64,000 nucleotides of DNA from Neodothiora populina (lineage: Eukaryota): positions 124,001 to 188,000 of the forward strand of contig NW_027191413.1 of assembly GCF_041146345.1 (NCBI RefSeq), in the 5' to 3' direction. The notes under the pieces are model-generated. The model worked only from the letters and a program-made list of their open reading frames with translations, was not told the origin of the DNA and ran no database searches. The translations under genes and the position numbers were made by a program. Of the stretch, positions 47,357 through 61,143 are shown one piece after another. Position 1 is the stretch's first letter, and the number at the start of each line of letters is the position of its first letter.

Positions 47357-48017
47357 AACGAGTCTTATCAGTCGCAGGTCCCGTTGATCAATAAGGTAGA
47401 TTGGGGCAAGTAATCCAATGTGTTCAGTGATGGTGTAGTTCCTAGAAGATAGCGCTCTCTACCGTGTCTTATGTATCTCGTGGGGGACTGGGATGCTAAC
47501 CACTAATGTCTTTCTCCAATTCTTCAACGTCTCAGATCCACATCAGCGACAATCTCCTCATTCAACAACACCAAATCTGTACAAAAAGTGTATCAGATAT
47601 GCGCGAAACGTAGTCGTGCAGCAGGGTCTCGTTCCATGTGGTTTATACCCGGGCGTTCCGTCCTCCGGCGCAACGGATCTCGCCACATCCGAACAGCAAA
47701 CGTCACTCGAACGACAACTACATTCCCCAATCATACTGTCTATCAAGCACCCAGTGTATATCTTTCGAGTCGAATCCATTATCTCGTGCATACAGGAGAA
47801 ACATTTAAAAGCCGTAAGCATTGTTGAATGCCAGACATGTTCACCTTGCAGAGGTTGAAGCCCTAATTTATGCGTAAGGACCCACCTGACGACAGTACTC
47901 ACAGCACATGACAATCTAATCATGCCAAATCGTTGCACAGCCTGTTTTCAAGTGCAACATGCATTTCTCCTAGCTTTCGGCTTTTGGCAAACGGTTTGAA
48001 CCACTGACTTCAATAAC

Positions 48018-50957
48018 CTAAAAGCTTCGAGCGTAGATAGCTATTGTATTCGATGTCAGGTTTCCGCACTCTCCCGGCACACCCCCAGCGATCGCTCCTC
48101 CGTTACAAGGCCAGCAATTGTTCTACACACGCATGTTTAGTGTAATTTTACTCACATTCGCTAGCCGCATGCCTCACCTCTCCAGCTGGACCTTGTACAG
48201 TCAGGACTCCTACTACCACGGTCACATACGTGAGGATGTTCCCGCAATAGCAATCTGCACTGTTGGTGCCTTGATTCACCGTTCCGAAGAAGATGTAATT
48301 CTGGCGTTGACATAAACTGGCGCACTGCGAATTGATTATGCCAGGTACTGATGTTTGGTATGCCGCAAGAGCTTTGCCACTGGAAACGATAGGCAATCCT
48401 GTCTGGATGTAACAGCCAAAGTATGCGAACAAATTTGCGGTATTCGTCGGACCTAGATTGTTGCTTGTAAGTTGCGGGTTGGATACTCCCATGGGTCTCA
48501 CATACCGATCGGCCCCTGCAAAGAATTGTAAGCTCAGCGATACCTGCAGACAGAGTAATGAAGTGACTTACGCTTGGACCTGCTATGCCCTTGGTAATCC
48601 GTGTCAGTAGTCACATGTTTGTTGAGTATCAGTGTACCTACTGTTGGCCCCTAATGGTTGGTTTAGCAGTGAGCAAAGACAGGTCAGCTCAGATGCACAT
48701 ACCGAAGGTCCGCTTGGTCCGCTTGGCCCACTCGGCCCAGTGCTTCCAGTAGAACCAGCGGGTCCCGCCACACCGGCAGGTCCTATTGCTCCAGTCGCGC
48801 CAGTAATGCCAGAGGCTCCAGTTGGTCCTTCCTTTGGTCAGCTGGGAGCTTGTGAAGAAGTTGTACTCTTCTATCTTACCAGAAGGACCTGGGGGTATCA
48901 GCGATGATCGAACTTTATCACGAGCCGTAGATTCTCACCTGAAGGTCCACTTGGACCTGTCCAGCCTGTCGGCCCAGGTACACCTTGCGGACCCATTGTA
49001 CCAGTTGCACCTGTCGCACCTGTTGCGCCGGTAGGTCCTAGAAGAGATTTATGAGACTACATTCTGTGATCACTGTGGCACAGCAGGGAATCTACAAACC
49101 AATGGGACCCTACACAAGATTAACAGATAGTCAATCTGAATAGTGATGTCGGATACTCACAGCTGGTCCAGTCATTCCGCTTATACCTGTCGGACCAGTA
49201 GCTCCGACCATACCAGATGCACCCTAACAGCATTAGAAGCTTGCCGCGGGTAGATGTTCCTGAACGTCTTACTTGAGGTCCCTATCTGATCTTGTCAGCA
49301 AGGTCTCGAGCTTTGGTCAGCCTGGCACATATACCGTCGGACCGGTCGAGCCCGTTGCTCCAACGGTACCACTAGGACCCTGACATCTGTCAACCCAGGT
49401 ACACATTTTCGCGATTCTATTGTGCATCGTACTTGAACGCCCTGTATCTCCGTCAATGGTCTTCCAATTTCCCTTGATCACTAATGTTTAGCACTTACTG
49501 TAGGTCCGGACGGCCCTTGTGGCCCCTGTATCCATCTCAGCTGACAACCCATCATCGACATTCTCAGACGTCATACCACTACACCAGTATCTCCTTGCGC
49601 GCCCGTTTGGCCCTGCCAAAGGTCAGAAAAGACCTAAGATCGAGCATCAGATTGCACCCACTGTAGGTCCTGCCACTCCTTGAATGCCTTGTGGACCCTT
49701 GGAGCGCTGTCAGTCCTGTCTAGATTCCTGATCCCATCACATGAGTTTACCGTCGGCCCTATAGCGCCGGTCTGTCCCACTGCTCCAGATGCACCGTCGG
49801 CACCTGTGGCACCGGATGGGCCTATTTCTCGCTCAGCCAACTATGAGACTCGGAAACTTCAAGAGTATACTACCTGTAGGTCCAGTCGCACCGACCGCTC
49901 CACTGATCCCCGAAGCACCCGTCGGCCTGGAAAATAACGTCACTATATGTCTTGTATATCAGAACTTATAAAACTCACCCTGAAGGTCCCTGTACAGAAT
50001 GCATCAATACCGTCAGTCTCTAGTCTTTCACATCTCCACTCACCGATGGTCAGGTTGACCCTATCGGACACAAAGTCAGCAAATGATCGATTGCAGTTCA
50101 TACGTCAACCTACCAACTGGTCCTGCACTCCCACGCAACGTCGCACAGGCATTTGCATAGAGTGACAAGTAAATATAGACACATCCATCAGAAGCAATGC
50201 CTTCAACAAACGTAGCACGAACCGACCCATTACTAAAAGCGCAAAACTGCGCCTCTCCGTTCCAGAAAGCAGGATTGTTCCAATTGAGGAACCCATTTTT
50301 CATCGCGGAGAAAGTCGTCGTGATTGACCCCGGCGTCAGCGAAGGTACAAAGGGCGACCATGTCAGGCCAGGTTCCGTGGAGTAATAGTACAGAGCACCG
50401 TCGATGGTAGCTGTGAGCTGACCGTAGGAGTCGATTGCATACATTGGCGCAGTAGAGCAGTCGACCGTCATCGTGCCATTGGCGCCTATGTAGTGTGTTG
50501 ACTGGCGTTTATCATTCTGATTTGCGCCTACGCCTCCGACACTGCCTACTGGCCCGCCTTGGACTATCAGCACGAAGCTCTCGTCAGTCGATGTCGGTAT
50601 AGACGCAGAACCACTCGTCGTGTCCGCCACCACAAAGCCACTCGCCAACGAGGAGCTCGCTGTGCGCACCGATCCGAGTGTCTGTGACCAACTAAGCGTA
50701 GTGACAACATCAAACGACGTAGGCGCATTAGTAACCGAGATGGCCACCTCCGGGATCGGACGAAACGAAGTATTCGTCAGTACATCCGTATTGATCGAGA
50801 CCACCTCCTCGTGCACGACTGTCTGCAGCTGCGGCAGAGCGGCGCGCATCTCATAGGATTGGTATTGTAGTTGACAGGCATTCTGCCGAGTGGTTTTCTT
50901 GACAATGTCTACACAAAAGGGGCGTTGGGAACCTTCGATGATTGCGTCGCTTCTCAC
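48018..50957 (-). CDS. Microexon-encoded collagen-like protein with C-terminal WSC domain (in-frame TGA; possible pseudogene; 5' start unresolved)
   Basis: About 20 GT-AG introns splice in frame to ~76 consecutive Gly-X-Y triplets, followed by FAYFGCY...CASLC...YIFFGT...CYCGN...NCWPCNG...ECG...IAIYARSF*. The large upstream exon encodes a Ser/Thr-rich then Cys-containing domain. Confidence 0.85.
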
Positions 50958-51507
50958 CTATCTTTTTGTTTACTGTTGTTCGGTCTCTGCCTGAATACTT
51001 TGTTATGATGTGGCCAGAGGAATGCATCTATAGCATGGCTAGACTCTGCGAGCTAACTGATATGGTCAGGCTGTGTAACGTGAAGGCGCTTGATTGTGAT
51101 CTATCATTTTTCTCATATGAACAGCCTCCCCTGCCCTCCCCTGCCGCCCAAAACTGGTTCCAGAGTTGTGCTTGGGGTACGGCTACCGATATCTTGCAGA
51201 TTCCTCTGCTTGCTGGGAACTAAATCCTCAGGAAGAGACACACAGTGTCCCCGCTATCGAAATAACGAGAAGATCTTGTATAGCGCGGCGCTGTCTAGGT
51301 ACCTAAACGCCACATCAACGTCGACTATGTCGCTCACCGTCGTGCAGGGCAGCCGAAAGGCCAATCGCCACCCCTTGCATTCCAGGACAAAAATTTCCCA
51401 AGAGGTACACTGCAAGCGCGAAAATGTATCTCTCAGAGACATCGACCAGAGGCTAGCCAAAGACCTAGCATCTGCCTTCCCTGAGCAAATGCGTGTGGTC
51501 TTTCATC

Positions 51508-53286
51508 TTACTTGCCATTCCAAGAATCCAAGCCCAGCCCACCGACCTCCCACGCCGCAGCCGCATTGAATATACCCGCCTCACCGAACCGTCTGCCCAC
51601 GAGCTGCATCGCGATTGGAAGCTTCCCTTCGCCGTCCTCTGCATCGCCCCATCCGATCGGCATGCTCAGTCCCGGATGGCCAGTGCAGTTGAAAGGGCAC
51701 GTATTGAGCGAAAGCCCGATCGCAGGCGTCATTTTCTCCCTGACGCTCATGTCCAGCTCGGGGTGTTTCATGGCTACTCGGGGCGTGAGGGGCGTGACGA
51801 GCACGTCCACATCCTTCAGCGCTTCGTCGTAGGCGGCGCGCAGCTGCGAGACGTGCGTCATTGCTTTTGCTGTCAGTGCTGGGCCTCCTTGGGGGTGCGA
51901 GGCGAGAAATTCGCCGTTGATGAGCATGTTTGAGACGGCGGGATTGTGTTTTGTGAGAGTTGCCAGTGATGCGTCTGATAAGGGTGGTGGGGAGATGTCG
52001 GGCATGGGGTAGTTCAGTAGGGCTTGCGGTTGGTTCTGTAGGCCATAGGTGCCAATGCCGCATCGAGTCGCGATCGTCCAGATGCTGGGTCCTGCTGAGT
52101 GTAATGGGATGGAGACTTCCGTCACTGCGGCACCAGCAGAACGGAACCGCTCGATGGCATCGTACACGGTCGCTCGGACGACTTCTGTGAGCCCTGGCAT
52201 GGCGAAAGCCTCCTTCAGCACGCCGATTCGCAAGCCTTTGCCTGCTGCCGTTGTCGTCCATTCGCCACTGGCTTGCTTTGCTGCTATCCAGGTGGACAGA
52301 TCTTTCGTGTAATCTGGCACGTTTGAACGCAGTGGTGTTTCGGGGGTCATTCTCGGGTCAAGACCATCATAACCAGCCAAGACACCTAGGAGAGTTGTGA
52401 GATCCGTCAACGAGCTCGCCATCGGGCCTGCGTGGTCTATCATAGGATGTAAAGACAAGATGCCGCTATACGCGACCAAGCCGTGCGTAGGCTTGAGTCC
52501 ATAGATGCCAGTGAAGGCCGCCGGCAGTCTGATCGATCCGCCCTGGTCACCACCAACTGCCATATCGACACCTTCTCCAAGCTCATCGTCAATAGATGAG
52601 AGACCATGACGTTTCCTCCATGCTTTGACTTGGTTGATTGCGACCAAGCACGCACTGCCGCTCGAACTACCGCCTGTAGTGTACCCTTTCAGCCACGGAT
52701 TGTGGACGGTCCCATTCGCACTGGTGAAAGATATCGGAGACATGGAGAAGTGCTCGCAAGTAGCAGTACCGTACACAGTGCCTCCAGATTGCAGTACTCG
52801 AGAGACTACGACAGCATCGATTTTCGAGATTGGGTATTCTGGTTTACCGTTCAGCAGTTCGGGAAATGTGCCGCCGGTGATTGGAAGACCTGCGACTGAG
52901 ACGTTGTCCTTGAATGCCAGCGTCCGACCTTTGAGACGTTCGTGGGTGGGCGATGGATGTGTTACGTCGCATCGATGGCTCCATCCTCCCAGAGCGTTGT
53001 GTTCTGCCTTCCACCATGTTCGGGGTATTGTCCCAGCGTCTGGTGCAAGTCTAGGGTCTATGTACTCTGGTAGGTCTGCTATTTGTTTTCGAGTTGCATC
53101 TAGTCCGTTCAACAGTATGCGATAGTCCTCTGCGTCGGTCTCTGGGATCGTCACGTTGAGTTTCGATCCGATGCCGTGTATCGTCTCAATCGTGACTGCT
53201 TCATGGATTAGATTTCGTCCTATCTCTTCTCACAGCACAATACGATTACCTGTTGATTGCCCAGTGTTCAGTGATACGACAGACAT
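51508..53286 (-). CDS. Amidase-signature family amidase
   Basis: Intron 53199-53249. Catalytic motifs LAFKDN, GGSSSGS, GGDQGGSIRLPA, GLKPTHG. Confidence 0.95.
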
Positions 53287-54145
53287 GACTCAAAACCAGT
53301 GAGGAAAGCGATGGATACGAAGATGAGGCATCACACATGGTACCTACTGCTTTGTGAAGGCATCGCGTCTTTCTTGTCGTCTACGAGATAAGTTAGTTAT
53401 TACCTGCTCCAGTCATCCTACCTCGGCCACAGACTCGCCCACCACGATAAGGCCCGGTAATAACGCCTCCACATCTATGCATCCACGAGTACAGGGTCAT
53501 CCCACCGTGTGTATGCAACCTGTATGGGTAAAGCTCCTTATCAGCTCTTATCATGGTGGGATGAAACGCATCAGATGGGGGAATCGTTCAAGGAAGCTCG
53601 CCAAATTCCCAAGGCCAAGCCGCAGACTAGCCAAACAAGTACCGCTTGTTGCCCTATCACCTCCTTATCGGTACCAGCTTCACCTACACTTTGCTTGAGG
53701 GGATGGAGGGGCATGCCACTATTTCCTATGTTGTAGTATGGCACTTCGTAGCAAGCAATAACTTGAGTGGTGAGTCTTGACTTGTGTCGGCTCGTCACGT
53801 ACATTTGGACATCGTCGTCTCGGGGTCAAATCGTCTTCCGGAATTACCGCGAAGCGAATGTGGACGTCCGAGCCTATCACGATGGCAATGGTACCGCAGC
53901 GGGACGAATCACACAATACCTTATCATGGTTTACTTATCTTGTGGAGGGTGTCAGCAAGGTTGTATCAGCTCCCGTGGTGGATTAGGGACCATGGCGATG
54001 CTAGGCATCAAGTGTTGGCCGATCATGGCCTCATCTAAGACCTTCGTGGCGCTGTATATGTATCGCATACCTGTACATTATTCTCGGTTGCGTTTGATTT
54101 CTTCATTTATCATGCGCAGATAGACTTCTATAACACTTCACGAAC

Positions 54146-57100
54146 ATGGCATCATCGTCTCGGGGCTATCGTCTTGGTGTCGATGTCGGAGTGAGTCGAC
54201 ATACATGGTCTTGACTGACCATATGATACTGACTACTGTAGGGTACGTTCACAGACGTGTGTGTAGTGACACCCAACGGCGAGCTTGTGAGAAGCAAGGT
54301 CGCCACAAACACCTCTGATCAGTCCATTGGTGTAAAGGACGGTGTGGACAAGGTCCGCGCTATACTCAAGGAGAAGCATGGATGGGAGGGCAAGTTCGAC
54401 TACCTTCATCATGGAACGACTACCGCCACAAATGCAATTCTCGAAGGAAAGGGTGCCAAAGCAGGACTTATCACCACGAAGGGACATCATGATGTCCTAA
54501 ACTTTCGACGAAGTCAAATCCCTGGTGGTCTTGGTGGCTGGATCAACTTCGATCCTCCGCAGCCCATCGTGCCTCTGGAACGCACAGTGGAGGCCAGTGA
54601 ACGAGTGTCCATCACTGGTGAAGTCGTCCGTCCACTTGACAGAGACGCTTTCCGAGCAAGTCTGGCCGATCTGAAACGCCAGAAGCCAGAGGCGATCTCG
54701 GTGAGTCTGTTGAACTCGTTTAGTAACGATGTCAACGAGAAAGCCATCCGCGAAGTGCTCCTGGAAGAATTCGGCCCAGAAGTGGAGATCGTTACATCCT
54801 GCGATGTCCTCCCCGAAATCCAGGAATACGAGAGGACCGTGACTGTGACTGCCAATGCGATCGTGAAACCTGTCGTGAAGAAGTACATGACCAACTTGTC
54901 AAAGCTCCTGGCGGCAGACACAGACACAATCCGTATCTTGAAGTCTGACGGTGGCCTGACCTCAAGTGATCTCGCTGGAGAGCTGCCAGTAAACATCCTC
55001 ATGAGTGGTCCGGCTGGTGGAGTTGTAGGCGTCACCGATGTCATCTCAAAGAACACACCATTCATAAATCTAATCACTCTCGACATGGGTGGCACTAGCA
55101 CTGATTGCAGTATCATCCCGGGAGCCAGCCCTGCTGTGCGACGTGAAACGGTCGTTGGTCCATTGACTGTGCGGTCTCCGTCTGTTGATGTAAGGACAGT
55201 CGCTGCAGGAGGTGGCTCGATTGCGAATTACAACACTCTCACCAACTCCCTGCGGGTCGGTCCTGAGTCTGCAGGTGCTACACCTGGTCCGGCTGCTTAT
55301 GGCAAGGGAGGAAAGATGGCTACAGTAACCGACGCCAACTTGACTCTTGGCTATCTTCCTGCTTCTCTACTAGGTGGTAGCTTCAAACTTGACGTAGCTG
55401 CCGCAACAGAGGCTGTCGAGTCTATAGCGAAGCAGATGAACCTGAGTGTGAGCGACACAGCCGAGGGTATACTAGATCTCGCCAACGAGAGTATGATGGG
55501 TGCTATACGCAATGTTAGCGTCGAGCAAGGCTACGATCCTCGTGATTTTGCCCTCGTATGTTTTGGCGGTGCTGGACCACTACACGCGAACGCAGTAGGA
55601 AAATTGCTAGGGTCATGGCCAGTCATTATTCCCCCATCGCCCGGCGTACTTTGTGCACAGGGCGATGTCACCACGAAGATGAGCCACGAGCAGGCTTGCA
55701 CCTACATTCGGATGTTCTCTGACGTGTCTGCATCAGAGTTGAAGGCCGAATTCGGTGAACTCAAGGGAAGCTGCGAGAGTATCATGATTAAGGCTCTTGT
55801 CGATTCGTCTCCGAACTTGGATGTGTCTTACCAACTCGATATGCGCTACAAGGGACAAGCTCTGACTCTCACTGTCGCCATGAGCGAAAGCGAACTGGAC
55901 AACGAGACCACAGTGATCCTGGATAATCTGCGCGCCAAATTTGCTGTTGTGCACGAGCAGCAATTCAGTTTCTCTCTAGCAGACGCTGAGCTGGAGATCA
56001 TGCGCCTTCGTGTAAAGATCACCGATGCATCACCTGAAGTGCAGATCCAGAGTGTGCCTGTAGCAGATAGCGAGACACCCCCCGAGTCTGCTGTTGTGAG
56101 TAAGAACACAATCGTGTGCGACGGAGAAAAGATAGAAGCGACTTTGTGGAACCGTGAAAAGATCACCAAGAAGGGATACAAGATCTCAGGTCCTGCTGTG
56201 ATAACAGAAATGGACTCCAACACTCTCATCCTGCCAGGCTATTATGGAGAGATTGACTCGATTGGGAATGTTCTGATCCGCCCAACAGGTGCGAGTGAAC
56301 GCAAGAAAGAAATTGCCACCACTGCAGAGGAAGCTCGCGAAATCGTCTCAAACTCGCCTCTGATACCTGGTCTTGTTGCGTCCTCATTGGCCTCAATCCG
56401 ACGAGAGATGGACACACTTATGTTGCGTTGCGCCATGTCACCCGCCATTCGTGAGCAACAGGATGAGTTCAACGTCATTACCAACCCAGCAGGTAAAATG
56501 TTGGTTGGCCAATTTGGATCATTCATCACTCAGTTCCTTTCGTTCTGGAAAGGGACAATTGACGAAGGAGATGTGTTCATCACGAACGACACCTATCAAA
56601 TCAGTAAGTCGATTTTAGTACCGAGATCGTTCGCGGCGAACTAACGCGAAGCGATAGATGGATCCGTCACGCATCTTAACGATGTTATTGTGCTCCTGCC
56701 TATATGGCACAAGCACAATATCGTTGGATGGGCAGCCAACTTTGGCCACTTGACAGACGTCCAAGGCAGAGTGCCAGGCTCAATGTCTATCAACGCAACC
56801 TCGATCTTCGAGGACGGCCTACAAATCCCCTGTGTCAAGCTTTTCAAAAAGGGAGAGATGAACACGGATATGGTCGACGTTTTCTGTCGAAACTCACGTA
56901 TACCGGACTGGTTCAGGAGTGATTTGACCGCTTTGATTGCTGCCTGCCGGACTGCTGCCACGAGAGTGGTCGAGCTTTGCGATCGCTATGGTCCAGAGGT
57001 CTACCAGGCAGCCACTGACGAACTCCTCGAGCGCAACCGGAAAGCAGTGGGTCATTTGATCGACACATGCATAGGCGACGAACCCAGCAGCTTCACCGAC

Positions 57101-58333
57101 TTCATCGACGACGACGGCCATGGTGTAGGCCCTTGGGCGATAACCTGCTCGATGAAGAAACAAGACGGAAAACTCACCTTCGACTTTGATGGGACTAGTC
57201 CTCAGAGTGAGACATCGATCAACTTTTATCTGAGTTATACGATGTTCAAGATGTTTGTGGGCTATTTCTTGCTCGCCATCTATGATCCCCATTGTGTTGT
57301 CAATGATGGATTTCACGACCTGATCGACGTCAAAATCCCTGAAGGATCCATCTTACGGCCTGTTCGCCCTGCCGCACTTTCGTGTCGAACGCACTTGTTA
57401 GGCCGGATCATGGATGTTCTGACTGCATTGTTCGGTCAGCGAGATCAGACCTACAGGACAGCGGCTGGCTTCTCAGACTCACCCCATCTTTTCTACAGCG
57501 GCTACAAGCCCAACGGAGAGTGGTTCTTGCTTTATCAGATCGGATTTGGTGGCGTTCCTGCCAGACCCAAAGGCGATGGACCAGATTGCCACTGTCTCTT
57601 CCCAGCCATCAAATCCATCCCGACCGAGAACCTCGAGCTCTACTTCCCCATCATCATCGAAGCCAACGAGGCCGTTCCAGATTCTGGAGGAGCAGGTTTC
57701 TACCGTGGCGGCAATGCTCAACGTACCCTCTATCGCTTCCTCAATGCCGGCGAAGTCTCCCTGCACGACGATAGATGGTTCACGAAGCCCTGGGGCGTGA
57801 ACGGAGGGTCATGCGGGGCACGGTCCGAGAAATTCATCTTCGTAAACCACTCCTGGGGTACAGGGACACCCGAACGGATCATCCTGCCATCGAAAGCCGA
57901 TCACGTGAGGGTCAAGCCAGGCGATGTCCTCGAATGGATCACATGGGGAGGAGGCGGCCTCGGGGACCCACTGACTCGACCCGCGGACACAGTCGCACTA
58001 GAAGTCCACAGACGACTCGTGACACCAAAGGGCGCAAGAGAAAACTACGGCGTCGTGGTCAACACATCCACAGACTTCAGCGTCGACGTGCAAGCCACCG
58101 AGTCCCTACGAAACGAAATGAGGGCCGCACGACCAAAGGGCTGGGGCGAAAAAGTGTACAACCGAGGAGGCACACTGGACGAATTGCGCGAGAGCTGCAT
58201 CAGCGAGACAGGACTCGAGCCGCCGAAGCCGCAGTGGGAGCGGGATCCGTACGGTCCTCATACGGGCTTGCAGTATGTCAAAGACTGGTTTTCGCGGATG
58301 CGCGTACAGCAGGGCTGGGAGATCGAAGAGTAG
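54146..58333 (+). CDS. Fused hydantoinase A+B / 5-oxoprolinase family ATP-dependent amidohydrolase
   Basis: Introns 54191-54241 and 56604-56657. Motifs DVGGTFTD, HGTTTATNAILE, SGPAGG, DMGGTSTD, GPESAGATPGP, FGGAGPLH, ITND, HLND, GHLTD, SGGAGFYRGG, GGGGLGDP. Confidence 0.95.
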
Positions 58334-59028
58334 ATCTATTATGGATGACACTAGACTTGTTGAATCATCGTCTTTTTGCAGGAGAGTCCTACGCGGACGG
58401 CGCCACTGCGTGGTGCCTTCCTCAAGTGGAGAAGTGGAGTCTCGAAGCTCCAATGCGATTCCTCAATCACTTAGGGGAAGCAGTAGTGATCTAGTTGATC
58501 TGAAAGGAATGTGGGCCATGATGTATTGCTGCTTCTGCTGCTGTGAATGTCTGCATTTTGCGGCAGGTAATTGCGGTAAAAGAGCAGAAGTGCAGCGAAT
58601 ACGCAAAGGCTCGAGACGAGGTCCAGATGAAATGGAGTATCCGAGGTGTTTTTATGGCTTTTTTGATTTGCTTCATTTTATGCCAATTACATTTCTATGT
58701 CTTGACTTTTCTTTTCTGATCCGCTACCCTTTTTGAGAATGTCGCGTCAACGATATCTACATGGTGCAAAGGGAAGGCACAGCTGACAAAGGCAACCACC
58801 TCGTCTGAGACTAAAGCAGAAGGAACGAAAAACTTTCCGTAACGACCCCCCATCCTTGAAGGGAAATAAAACGCCAGACGTGATGAATAAAGCCAGCAGA
58901 TAGACAGACAGACCGTAACAACCGATAAAAAGAATCCTTCGTAAGAGAACAGACATCTCTCTTCTCTGTTTCGCTTCTCGTTCCTTTCGCCATATATAAA
59001 GGACTCGAGTATCCCTGCAAACAGATGT

Positions 59029-61143
59029 CTACCTGCCCCAAGTAGATCCAATACCACGCTTTCCGGTGTTTTGCCACTTGGCGAGCGAAGCGGTTTGATG
59101 TCTGTCAGCCTCACCCGCTCTGGCCATGCGGTTCATCTTCTTCTGGCCCAACTTGGCGATGCGTTCAGCCTTGTCGCGAGTCACCTCGTCGGTGATACCG
59201 TCCTCACGTCTGTTCATCCTGCTGACGCTGCGAGTGCGAGACATGGCGCGTGAGATGCTGCCACGCTTCTTGTCGGCAGCAGAGGCACCGGCATCGACGT
59301 CCATCATGTCGGCATCGCCGTCGCCAGAAGGACCGACGCTGCGGCCGCGAGAAGGACGAGAGAGGGAGCGAGCGCGGGCGGACAGAGCAGAAGTGTCGTA
59401 ACCGAGATCCTTGAGGCCCTTCTCCATCTTCTCCATCGAGATTGCCTTCTTGGTTCTGGGAATGACGGCGCGGTTCTTGAGGGACTTGCGCATCTTGGCT
59501 TCGTTACGGATGAGCTGTCTCTTTTCTCTGATGAGGTCGGCCTTGTGTCTGATCTCGGCCTCGTCAGCATCCTCGAGGTCGTCCTCTTCGTTGTCGTAGT
59601 AGCCCTCTGCCTCGAGTCTGGCTTCCTCGTCCTCGAGAGCAGCAAGCTTGGCCTCGATCTCGGGGTCGACGTAATCGTAGACGTTCTTTCCGTCGAGCAC
59701 TTCGGGCATCTTGTCCTCTCTCCAGTCGGGGTTCTCCAACATCCACTTCTCTTTGAGGTTGATGTTGTAAACACCGGCACCCCCGTTCTCCTCCTCGATG
59801 TCGCGCGCAAGGGTGATTCTGTTCGGGTCCTCCTTATCGTACTTGACTCTGCTCTTTGCGGCTTCGGGGATAAAGGTCTCGCGGGTGACGCCTCCGAGAG
59901 GCTGGGCGACGTGGATTCTCCGTAGAACATCGTTGAGACGTCCAGTGATTTCGCCAGACGAGTTGGTGGCAGCCTTCATCTTCTGTGCGTTTCGCTCAGC
60001 GAGGAGACGGTCGCAGGCGGCGTTTCGGACGTTCATCAAACCCTCGGTCGTTGTGCAGGAGAGCTGGAGAATCTCGACATTGTCAGACTTGGTCAAGTCC
60101 TGCAGGGCTTGCTGGGTCTCGGCGTCGAGATCCTCGGGTCTGCAGACGTCGATCTTGTTGATGACGACAAAGACAAGCTTGTTGGCGAACAGAGGCTTGA
60201 TGGACTGGAAGAGCTGCATCTGGGCAGAGACGGAGTAGCCACACTGCTCGGACAGATCCATGAAATAAAGAATGGCCGAACGCAAATGGGCAATGGCAGT
60301 GATGGACTGCATCTCAATTGTGTTCATTTCTTCAAGCGGGTGATCAAGAATACCGGGAGTGTCGATGGCCTGGAAGCGCAACATCTTGTAGTCGAAGTGG
60401 CCGACGAACAAACTCTTGGTGGTGAAAGCGTACGGCTGCACGTCGACATCTGCGCGGGAAATGTTCTTGAGGAAACTCGACTTTCCGACGTTGGGGTAAC
60501 CGCAGATGAGAAGAGTCCGCGTGTTGGGATCGATCGAGGGCAGACGACCCAAGTGCTGTCTGACCTGTTCGAGGTAGAGCAGAGGGTCCTTCATGCGTTT
60601 GCAGATGGTGGCCATGCGACCGAGGGCGGCAGTCTTGAGCTGCTTGCATTGGAAGAGCGACTGTCCGTACTTGAGCAGACGGATGTAATCTCTGGCCACA
60701 GTCTCGATCAAGTGCTTGGCCGTCGAGAGCTGACCGAGAGCGATTCTGAAATGGTCGGCATCGTAGAGGGTGTTGAGGAGATCCTTGTGGAAAGGGTGAA
60801 TGTCCTGGAGGCGAGGGAATCCGTCCAGAATAGCCGTCAACTTTTCCGTGAATGTCTCTGAAGTGTACTTGACTTTACGGATGTAGAAAGCTACACAAAT
60901 CACGCGCTTGTTAGTCTATTCTGGTCTTTGCTTTTACTATCATGCTCTATCTTCGTCTGATCAAAACCGCCTATAGAGAAGAAGCAGAGAAAAGAAAAAG
61001 GGAAATCGCCCACCTCTGATTCTGGTAATCTTGAATCCAGCTCTGATTTGCGTGGGCAGACGTCTCTGGGTTCTGCTCAAGACAATGTCGAGAAACTCCT
61101 GCGACGTGGGCACAGGCGCGATATCCTTCCAAGTCGTCTTCAT
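59029..61143 (-). CDS. NOG1: Nucleolar GTP-binding protein 1 (60S biogenesis)
   Basis: Intron 60891-61013. [13 protein letters not shown]...[35 protein letters not shown]. Confidence 0.98.

Noticed and set aside
50044..50060. Frameshift reading of the 17-nt collagen exon (GGT CAA CCT GAC...)
   Set aside because: The phase-1 donor keeps both frame and Gly-X-Y register with one substitution, which is more parsimonious.
60891..61013. Longer NOG1 intron as a possible snoRNA host
   Set aside because: No clear paired box C/D or H/ACA architecture could be seen.
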